From a virus: a DNA stretch of 32,251 nt. The stretch is from IMG/VR virus record IMGVR_UViG_3300045988_093155; one strand, given 5' to 3'. The notes under the pieces are model-generated. The model did not search any database and was not told where the DNA came from. It saw only the letters and a program-made list of their open reading frames with translations. Below, in pieces: positions 22,592 through 29,387 of the stretch. Position numbers and translations under genes: made by a program. Numbering within the stretch: position 1 is the stretch's first letter; the number at the start of each line of letters is the position of its first letter.

Positions 22592-23797
22592 ATGAACGTT
22601 GAAGAACTGGAAAAAGCCGCTGAAAAAATATTTAATCGCGGTAATTATTTTAATGATTATGTGCTTGAAAAAATAGCAAAACGAATCAATAAATTTGGGC
22701 GATTGAATACGGCAGACCAACAGGCAATAAAAAACATGGGAAACATTAAAGTAGATATAAAAGATATTACAAAAAAGCTTGCAGAATTGACACAAAAAAA
22801 CATCGATGAAGTAGAAAAGATTTATACTAATGTCGTTTCGGACGGTGTAAACTCATACAAACCGCTTTATGACTTTAAAAATATGAATTTTGTGCCATTT
22901 ACTGAAAATGATTTTGCACAGGCTATTGTCGCGCACTGGTATAAACAAACAGCGGCGCAAATGATTAATTTAAGCCGAACGAAAGCAATAGGATTTATTG
23001 ATTCATCGGGCGAATTTACAAGCTTACAAGGAAAGTATCAGAAAATAATAGATGAAGCCGTTACAGCTTTAACGACAGGAACAACCGATTTTAATACTGC
23101 AATGCGGCAAACTATAATTGAAATAGGCGGTAGCGGAATCGTTGTTGATTATGGAGAGGGCGTAACGCGGTCGCTTGATAGCGTTATCCGTGCCAATGTA
23201 TTATACGGAGCGAAACAAGCGGCACAGGCTTATGACGAACATATAACAAAAGAACTTGATTTAAACGGGTGGGAAATAGACGCACATCCGGGGTGCAGAC
23301 CGTCTCACATGATAATGCAGGGCGGTATATATGCGGCAAGCGATGAGCCTATAACCGTTGACGGCAAGGAATACAAAGGAATCTATGAAGATATAGGGGC
23401 GGAAGCTCTAGACGGTTCGGGAAGTGTTCAAGGACTTTTAAACGATTATGGCTGTTTGCATTTTAAAACAGGGTTTGAAATAGGTGTTTCAGAGCCGCGA
23501 TATAGCAAAGACCAGCTTAAGAAAATCAAAGATGAATCAACAAAATTAATTAAATATGACGACAAGGAAAAAACTTTGTATGAGTGGAAACAAGTGCAAA
23601 GAGCCTTTGAACGTAATGTAAGAACAAACAAGATAAAATCAGAGATGTTTAAGATTACAGGAGATAACGCAAAGGCTAAAGAATATAAAGACACCGCCAA
23701 AGAATGGAAAAATAAATATAATAATATGGTTGACAGCATTGAGGGGTTATATGCAAGACCCGAACGCATGAGAGTATATTTTAAGAGCGGCAAATAA
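22592..23797 (+). CDS. Minor capsid protein (SPP1 gp7 / phage minor capsid protein 2 type)
   Basis: 401 aa, near the portal gene. The motif WEIDAHPGCRPSHMIMQG is as in this family (memory). Confidence 0.7.
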   Translation: MNVEELEKAAEKIFNRGNYFNDYVLEKIAKRINKFGRLNTADQQAIKNMGNIKVDIKDITKKLAELTQKNIDEVEKIYTNVVSDGVNSYKPLYDFKNMNFVPFTENDFAQAIVAHWYKQTAAQMINLSRTKAIGFIDSSGEFTSLQGKYQKIIDEAVTALTTGTTDFNTAMRQTIIEIGGSGIVVDYGEGVTRSLDSVIRANVLYGAKQAAQAYDEHITKELDLNGWEIDAHPGCRPSHMIMQGGIYAASDEPITVDGKEYKGIYEDIGAEALDGSGSVQGLLNDYGCLHFKTGFEIGVSEPRYSKDQLKKIKDESTKLIKYDDKEKTLYEWKQVQRAFERNVRTNKIKSEMFKITGDNAKAKEYKDTAKEWKNKYNNMVDSIEGLYARPERMRVYFKSGK

Positions 23798-23818
23798 TTA
23801 TTTGAGAGAGGTAACAAG

Positions 23819-24013
23819 ATGAGAATAATTAAACACGGTAATTATACCCCCCAAATGTATAGATTAGAGTGTAAGAAGTGCGGAACTATATGGGTAGAAG
23901 ATGAACGGAAATTATATGTATTGATTCGCGGCAGCGTAGATAATGGAAAAAGATATGTGTTGGATTGCTGCCCTGTGTGCGGAACTATGGGAGAAACAGA
24001 AATAAAATCTTGA
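23819..24013 (+). CDS. Zinc-ribbon small protein
   Basis: 64 aa. CKKCG...CPVCG. Confidence 0.6.
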   Translation: MRIIKHGNYTPQMYRLECKKCGTIWVEDERKLYVLIRGSVDNGKRYVLDCCPVCGTMGETEIKS

Positions 24014-24038
24014 CAAAACAGGACACAATTGATATAAT
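24010..24038 (+). promoter_or_regulatory. Sigma-A consensus promoter (P-a)
   Basis: TTGACA 24010-24015, 17-nt spacer, TGa-TATAAT (24033-24038). Confidence 0.8.
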
Positions 24039-24044
24039 ATAAAC

Positions 24045-24114
24045 GATGAGTTTTTTTATTTTAATTTCCTCTTGTAAAACGCTATGAGTTGTTAGCCATA
24101 GCGTTTTATTTTTA
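24045..24114 (+). ncRNA. Candidate small RNA 1 (about 70 nt), or a leaderless 13-codon mini-ORF
   Basis: It runs from the predicted start site just after P-a to terminator 24076-24114. It is U-rich with UUUCCUCUU at 24065-24073. ATG 24046 would open MSFFILISSCKTL. Confidence 0.4.
24076..24114 (+). terminator. Rho-independent terminator
   Basis: AAAACGCTATG (24076-24086) pairs with CATAGCGTTTT (24097-24107) over 11 bp. ATTTTTA follows. Confidence 0.7.
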
Positions 24115-24119
24115 TATGC

Positions 24120-24148
24120 TTGACAAACGTGGAAAGATTTGATATAAT
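24120..24148 (+). promoter_or_regulatory. Sigma-A consensus promoter (P-b)
   Basis: TTGACA 24120-24125, 17-nt spacer, TGa-TATAAT (24143-24148). It is nearly the same design as P-a. Confidence 0.8.
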
Positions 24149-24154
24149 AAAATA

Positions 24155-24257
24155 GACAGGAAGCATTGCAAGGCTTGGGATAGGAATAACCTACCTATCC
24201 CCTTGCCTGTCACAATAACGGGTATGAGGTTATAACAGAAATCTTATAGCCTTTTTT
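24155..24257 (+). ncRNA. Candidate small RNA 2 (about 100 nt), or a structured 5' leader of the tRNA/capsid transcript
   Basis: The predicted start site coincides with the foot of a three-segment hairpin: 24155-24159 with 24207-24211, 24168-24173 with 24201-24206, and 24178-24184 with 24194-24200, with a 9-nt loop. A second hairpin and T6 follow at 24228-24257. Confidence 0.45.
24228..24257 (+). terminator. Weak or partial terminator
   Basis: GGTTATAA pairs with TTATAGCC (one G-U) with an 8-nt loop. TTTTTT follows. Confidence 0.5.
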
Positions 24258-24268
24258 ATTTGCTATAA

Positions 24269-24342
24269 TGCGGCATAGTGTAAAGGTAGCACGCAAAACT
24301 TTGACTTTTGACGTAGAGGTTCAATCCCTTTTGCCGCAACCA
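24269..24342 (+). tRNA. tRNA-Gln (anticodon UUG), CCA encoded
   Basis: Folded by hand. Acceptor TGCGGCA/TGCCGCA (7 bp). D stem GTGT/GCAC with D loop AAAGGTA. Anticodon stem CAAAA/TTTTG with loop CTTTGAC. Variable loop ACGT. T stem AGAGG/CCTTT with loop TTCAATC. Discriminator A, then CCA. Confidence 0.9.
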
Positions 24343-24421
24343 TTGACTTTGTGGAAAGTATAAAACCACCAATCCGAACCGCAGAAAAAGCGGTATATAA
24401 AATATTTTAGGAGGGTATCGA

Positions 24422-25012
24422 ATGGTAAACATTCACGAAATTTTAAAAGGCATAGGCGTTGAGATTCCCGCTGAAAAAAAGGCGGAATTTGATAAGGCTA
24501 TGACCGAAAACTACAAAACGATTGCAGAAGTGCAGAAAATCAATGCGAAGCTTGAAGTCGCAAATACAGATTTGCAAGCGACAAAAGAAACATTACAAAA
24601 CATGGCAACAGAGTTTAAAACATTCAAACAAAACAATTCATCGGCTGAGGACTTTAAGAAAAAATACGAAGATTTGCTCGCCGATAACAAGCGTAAAGAA
24701 AAAGCACAACAGGCAGCATATGAGGAAACACAGGAACGCGCAGTATTTGACAAATACTTTGCTGACAATCAAAAAGAATGGTATTCTCCAATGATTGCAG
24801 ACGGATATTTTACAAAATTCAAAGAAGCGCGAAAAGCCGAAGAAAACAAAAGCAAAATGACGGCTGATATTCTGCATGAGTTGACAAAGGACGATGTGAC
24901 GGCATTCAAGGGAGTTAAGCCCGATGTAAAACTTAAAGGCGCGTCACAGCTTGGCGGCACAGAAAGCCGCATGAAAGAACTTTATAAAAACAATCCTTTT
25001 TTTAAAGGGTAA
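24422..25012 (+). CDS. Scaffolding protein (GP20-like)
   Basis: 196 aa with an AGGAGGG SD. It is highly charged and coiled-coil, and lies immediately upstream of the major capsid gene. Confidence 0.7.
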   Translation: MVNIHEILKGIGVEIPAEKKAEFDKAMTENYKTIAEVQKINAKLEVANTDLQATKETLQNMATEFKTFKQNNSSAEDFKKKYEDLLADNKRKEKAQQAAYEETQERAVFDKYFADNQKEWYSPMIADGYFTKFKEARKAEENKSKMTADILHELTKDDVTAFKGVKPDVKLKGASQLGGTESRMKELYKNNPFFKG

Positions 25013-25030
25013 TCATTGGAGGTTAATTAT

Positions 25031-25921
25031 ATGGCAATTAAATATGGCAATCTTAACGTAGATGAAAAATACTCGGGTATTCTTGAGCCGAATCTGTTTT
25101 TTGATAGCATAATGGTTCCCGGGGTCACTTATACTGACAAATACCAAACTGGGCCGGCAGGCGGTATATATGTTCACAAACTCGACACGACAGCGGTCAC
25201 CGTTGGCACGCCCGGAAGAGATTTTACAGACGAAGCTTCATCGGATACGCTGATTCCGATTCTTTTGAATAACAACTATATGAAGTCAAAAAAGATTTAC
25301 GGAGTACAGGCGGCGGCGGTTGATTTTGACCTTGCAAACGAGCAGTTGTCTATCGCAACGCAAGAAATCAAAGAAAGCAGACAACAGTCCGCTCTTGGTT
25401 GTCTTGTTCAAGAGGGTACAAAGTCTAACGGTGCGGCTATTACTGCTAATGCTGTTGATGCTGTGCTTGACGAAGCGGCTAAGATTAAAAAGGGCAAGGC
25501 AAACGTTGTACTTTGTTCTCCCGACTTCTATGCGCTTGTACTTAAAGAAAACGGCAAGGACTTCACCCCGACAAAGAACGATGAGGTCGCTGCTACCGGT
25601 GCAATCGGCGATTTGTACGGTTTCACATGGATTAGAGCTGCTGGGCTTGGAGAAAACGAAGCAAAGTATTATGATAGCACGGGCGCATTGAAAACTGTTG
25701 TCCTCCACAAAGCGGCAACAACCGCCGCAGATGGTTCTGCTGTTGACTTCATTCTTTACAATAGCGAAACTCTTTCAATCGTTGATAATCTCGAAAGTTA
25801 TCGTATTGTAGACAGCGAGAACTTCACGGGTTCTAAGGCGCAGGCAGAACTTAACACGGGCATGAAAGTTACTACTCCGGCACTTGCAGTAGTGAGAACG
25901 CATACAATCGCAAAAGGTTGA
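25031..25921 (+). CDS. Major capsid protein
   Basis: ATG 25031 follows a GGAGG SD (the track start is TTG 25016). It is 296 aa, follows the scaffold gene, and has the small-residue-rich composition typical of capsid proteins. Confidence 0.8.
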   Translation: MAIKYGNLNVDEKYSGILEPNLFFDSIMVPGVTYTDKYQTGPAGGIYVHKLDTTAVTVGTPGRDFTDEASSDTLIPILLNNNYMKSKKIYGVQAAAVDFDLANEQLSIATQEIKESRQQSALGCLVQEGTKSNGAAITANAVDAVLDEAAKIKKGKANVVLCSPDFYALVLKENGKDFTPTKNDEVAATGAIGDLYGFTWIRAAGLGENEAKYYDSTGALKTVVLHKAATTAADGSAVDFILYNSETLSIVDNLESYRIVDSENFTGSKAQAELNTGMKVTTPALAVVRTHTIAKG

Positions 25922-25938
25922 TAGGAGGGTAAAGCGGA

Positions 25939-26316
25939 ATGTATCTTGATTATCAAACATATAAACTTATGGGCGGTAGCCTTGACACTTCCGCTTTTAA
26001 TACTTTTAACCGAAAGGCGGAGTATATCATAAATTCTCAAGCAGGCGGCAAGACGGGTGAGCGCATAGGCAAACTAACGGAGCTACCGCAAGCAGTAATT
26101 GACTGCATATATGACCTTATACATCACTTGTCTTGCCATGCTTTTGACGGTTCAAACGTGCAGAGCGAAAGTCAATCTTTGGGCGGTCAAAGCGAGAGCT
26201 ACACATATTCAACTATGAACAAGAGCGAATCAGATAATACAATTGATGATATAATATATATGTATCTTTATCCGATAAAAACAAACGGTGTATCGGTATT
26301 GTATAGGGGTGTTTAA
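25939..26316 (+). CDS. Head-tail connector / adaptor protein
   Basis: 125 aa with an AGGAGGG SD. It is the first gene after the capsid gene. Confidence 0.55.
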   Translation: MYLDYQTYKLMGGSLDTSAFNTFNRKAEYIINSQAGGKTGERIGKLTELPQAVIDCIYDLIHHLSCHAFDGSNVQSESQSLGGQSESYTYSTMNKSESDNTIDDIIYMYLYPIKTNGVSVLYRGV

Positions 26317-26868
26317 ATGAAAGTCGGGTTTAATGTCAAATGGGGTTACAATGAAATTGAAATCCCTATTAATCAAGGCAAGCCTGTTTATGACGAACGG
26401 TCAAAAGGACTTTCGAAATTAAAAGACAAAACTTTCACGATAATAAACCGCATACCAACATCTGCAAGCAATGCGCAAATTGTTTTATATAAAAAGTACA
26501 CGCTTAAAAACTGCGACTTTCAAAACGGAATATATGACCGCACGACAAACACAATGGTATACAAAGCGAATGCATGGACAGCGTGGATTGACGATTGGCA
26601 AAATTACAAGCCTCCTACATGGCTTGACGGTGGGTATTATGCCTTAGCAGATGATGAAAAGGGCAATCGTTTTACCGCAAATGTAGGGGATTTGCTTGTA
26701 TTTGGGGATATTCCAGATATTGCGCCAACAACAGCGCAAGAATTTCAAAAGCTTGTTGAAAAATACAAGAATCAAGGCGGAACAATAACGTCCTCCGAAG
26801 CATATGTTAATTACAAGTCAAACGGCACTCCATGGAGAACGAATCACATTGAATTAATAAAGGGTTGA
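26317..26868 (+). CDS. Neck / head-closure structural protein (hypothetical)
   Basis: 183-aa ORF abutting the upstream stop. Assignment is positional. Confidence 0.5.
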   Translation: MKVGFNVKWGYNEIEIPINQGKPVYDERSKGLSKLKDKTFTIINRIPTSASNAQIVLYKKYTLKNCDFQNGIYDRTTNTMVYKANAWTAWIDDWQNYKPPTWLDGGYYALADDEKGNRFTANVGDLLVFGDIPDIAPTTAQEFQKLVEKYKNQGGTITSSEAYVNYKSNGTPWRTNHIELIKG

Positions 26869-26872
26869 TAAC

Positions 26873-27358
26873 ATGAGCAAAATATCATCACTCACTGAAT
26901 GGCTTATGCAATGTCCGCAATTGTCGGCATTATGGAATATATCAGCGGAACTGTCAGACGGCGCAAATATTTTGATTCCGAGCGGAACAAGTGAAATGCG
27001 GTACGTAAATGATAATTTAGACGTTATAAATTATTACGAAGCAAATATAGTCCCTTTGCCGTCTGTGTATGAAGAATTTCAAGTTAATTGTTATAAGTCG
27101 TTCGTAAACAATGATAATAGCTATAATGTAATGAATTATGACGATGTAGAAAAAGTCATTGAATGGGTGCGCGAACAGGACGAAAAAGAAAATTTCCCTG
27201 TTTTAGAAGGCAAAAAAGTTGTTTCTATTGATGTTTTGCCGTTTCAACCGCAAATAAGAGGGATTGACCCCGATACATATTTAGTATGCTATTATTTCAC
27301 AATACGCATACGATATGTAAATACGTCTAAAGGGCGGTCGGTAGAATGGCAGATGTAG
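26873..27358 (+). CDS. Neck / tail-completion structural protein (hypothetical)
   Basis: 161-aa ORF. Assignment is positional. Confidence 0.5.
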   Translation: MSKISSLTEWLMQCPQLSALWNISAELSDGANILIPSGTSEMRYVNDNLDVINYYEANIVPLPSVYEEFQVNCYKSFVNNDNSYNVMNYDDVEKVIEWVREQDEKENFPVLEGKKVVSIDVLPFQPQIRGIDPDTYLVCYYFTIRIRYVNTSKGRSVEWQM

Positions 27359-27681
27359 AGGTTGACGTTCAAGGAATAACGGAAAAAGCGTATTCGAAAG
27401 TTGAAAATCCACCTTTTGGAATGTTTCTCGCTCATGAATGGAAACGGCTAATAAATCCGTACACACCACACAGAGAGGGCAACCTTGAAAATAACGTTAC
27501 GTATGAACCGTTCTTGATACATTATAATTCCCCTTATGCGCATTATCAATATAACGGGGTAAACTTTAACTTTTTTAAAGAAATCAATCCGCTTGCTACT
27601 CATCACTGGGACAAAGCGGCGGAAGAAGCAGGGCAAAAAGAAAAACTAATCACCGCGGCAAATAGATATTTACGGAGGTGA
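27346..27681 (+). CDS. Head-tail joining protein (HK97 gp10-like / tail terminator-like)
   Basis: 111 aa. PYTPHREGNL...Y..PYAHYQYNG resembles the PyvP.dTG.L...YA.y motif of this family (memory). Confidence 0.5.
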   Translation: MADVEVDVQGITEKAYSKVENPPFGMFLAHEWKRLINPYTPHREGNLENNVTYEPFLIHYNSPYAHYQYNGVNFNFFKEINPLATHHWDKAAEEAGQKEKLITAANRYLRR

Positions 27682-27685
27682 AAAA

Positions 27686-28291
27686 GTGGGGAAAAAAGAT
27701 AGTGCAAATGATGAATCAATAGCTTTATTTGCAAATAATACAACAGGAGGTATGGAAAAAATGGCAATTACAGATTTTAACAGCAATGCGAATCCCACAG
27801 TTGATACAAAATGTTGGAAAATTTACGCCGATGTAAAAGATACGGGAACTACTCCGACATGGGAGCTTCAAGGGCGCGGCATTGAAAGTTGGACGGAGGC
27901 CCTTAACGTAGATACCGACAGCACGGAGGACGTGCTCGGATTTGTTGATTTTTCTTTCGGGAATCCTAAGCCTACACAAGATGTTGACATTAAAGTCAGA
28001 AAAAATAGCAAACTTGGCGGAATGCTTTTTGATGCGTATTTTAACGGCAAAGGCAGAATTGAGAATATAGATATTCTGCAAAAGTATGAAATGGTTGACG
28101 CAGGTTCGGCAGACGCAGAAAATTGTAAGGCGCGTATTCAAAAAGGCTGTGCAATTGTAATCAATGAATTTCAAGGCGAAGCTGGCGGAAAGCTCACATT
28201 CTCCACAACTTGGAATTATACCGGGCAAATAACAACAGGCAAAATGCCTAAAACAGACGGTACATCAATAACTTTTACCGCTGACGAATAA
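27686..28291 (+). CDS. Major tail protein
   Basis: GTG 27686 lies 7 nt after GGAGG. An alternative in-frame start is ATG 27761, 10 nt after a second GGAGG. The gene lies before the chaperone and tape measure genes and is followed by a hairpin. Confidence 0.7.
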   Translation: MGKKDSANDESIALFANNTTGGMEKMAITDFNSNANPTVDTKCWKIYADVKDTGTTPTWELQGRGIESWTEALNVDTDSTEDVLGFVDFSFGNPKPTQDVDIKVRKNSKLGGMLFDAYFNGKGRIENIDILQKYEMVDAGSADAENCKARIQKGCAIVINEFQGEAGGKLTFSTTWNYTGQITTGKMPKTDGTSITFTADE

Positions 28292-28293
28292 TA

Positions 28294-28318
28294 AAAGGCG
28301 GTTTATATTACCGCCTTT
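28294..28318 (+). terminator. Hairpin / attenuator after the major tail gene
   Basis: AAAGGCGGT pairs with ACCGCCTTT (9 bp) with a 7-nt loop. The T-run is poor (AAATTTAT). Confidence 0.5.
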
Positions 28319-28347
28319 AAATTTATATTGAAAAGGAGATTTTTAAC

Positions 28348-28800
28348 ATGGCAGGAATTACACTAAATAAAGGCTTGCAGCCTTTTGACATTTATTTTGA
28401 GGATATTGACGAACACGACACAATATACTTCAATCCGTCCGACAGCGATTTGCCAAAAAGATTAATGCAGTGCAAGGATATTATTGCCGAAAAACAGAAA
28501 GGCATAAAACCGTATGAAGTTGACGAAAACGGAATCCCGAACACTGAAAGCGCAATCGCATACATGGAAGAAAACAGCAAGGTAATTTGTGATACTTTAG
28601 ATTATGCTTTTGGCAATAAAGTGAGCGATGTTATTTTTAAACATTGCGGCGCGTTTTCAATAGTAAACGGAGAATATTATATTATGCTTTTTCTTAATGC
28701 TATCACTCCCGAACTTGAAAAGCTTATAAAAACAAACACAAAAACAGCGGAATCAAAAGCTAATAAATACTTGAAAAAGTATCAGCAATATAACAGATAA
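28348..28800 (+). CDS. Tail assembly chaperone
   Basis: 150 aa with an AAGGAG SD. It lies between the major tail and tape measure genes. Confidence 0.6.
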   Translation: MAGITLNKGLQPFDIYFEDIDEHDTIYFNPSDSDLPKRLMQCKDIIAEKQKGIKPYEVDENGIPNTESAIAYMEENSKVICDTLDYAFGNKVSDVIFKHCGAFSIVNGEYYIMLFLNAITPELEKLIKTNTKTAESKANKYLKKYQQYNR

Positions 28801-29372
28801 TGAATAACCGTTTTTTGCCGACTGAAATAGTTATTAATGATAATGTATACCCCATTAATCAAAAAGGCGATTACGGCGTAATTTTGGACGTTTTAGAAGT
28901 ATTAGACGATAAAGAATTAACGGAGCAAGAAAAAGCATATGTTTCATTGCTGATATTCTACAACTTTAATATTCCTAAAGAGCAAGAAGAAATACAAATC
29001 GCGGTAAATGAAATGCTAAAATTTATTAATGGCGGAGAAGAGCCCGAACAACAGGAAAAACCAAATAAACGCCCTTTGATGAACTGGGTAAAAGATTTTC
29101 CAATGTTAATAGCTCCGATAAATAGGGTTTTAGGGTATGACATAAGGGAAAAAGAATGCGTCCATTGGTGGACTATTGTTTCCGCTTATATGGAAATCGG
29201 GGAGTGTATGTTTCAAACGGTTGTAAATATCCGAATGAAAAAGCAAAAAGGGAAAAAGCTTGATGACTGGGAAAAAGAATTTTATCAAAATAATCGTCAA
29301 AAGGTAGACGCGGTAAACGGTTACACTGATGAAGAACAAGAACTACGAGAACGCTTTCTTGATGATTGGTAA
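28800..29372 (+). CDS. Gp15-like tail assembly protein
   Basis: 190 aa with a TAATG overlap. ECVHWWTIVSAYMEIGECMFQTVVNIRMKK resembles the Bacteriophage Gp15 family that sits upstream of tape measure genes (memory). Confidence 0.6.
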   Translation: MNNRFLPTEIVINDNVYPINQKGDYGVILDVLEVLDDKELTEQEKAYVSLLIFYNFNIPKEQEEIQIAVNEMLKFINGGEEPEQQEKPNKRPLMNWVKDFPMLIAPINRVLGYDIREKECVHWWTIVSAYMEIGECMFQTVVNIRMKKQKGKKLDDWEKEFYQNNRQKVDAVNGYTDEEQELRERFLDDW

Positions 29373-29387
29373 AAAGGCGGTGACACT

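Noticed and set aside
24155-24211. The 57-nt hairpin as a second (degenerate) tRNA.
   Set aside because: It is too short and folds as one interrupted stem-loop. There is no D or T arm and no TTC loop.
24261-24269. TGcTATAAT as a dedicated promoter for the tRNA.
   Set aside because: Its last T is base 1 of the tRNA, so initiation would fall inside the tRNA. There is no acceptable -35.
27752-27754. ATG 27752 as the start of the major tail protein.
   Set aside because: It lies only 1 nt after the GGAGG. GTG 27686 or ATG 27761 have workable spacing.
28348-29372. Programmed -1 frameshift (gpG/gpGT type) in the tail chaperone genes.
   Set aside because: The two ORFs are simply consecutive with a TAATG overlap. 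I saw no slippery heptamer with an extended overlapping frame.
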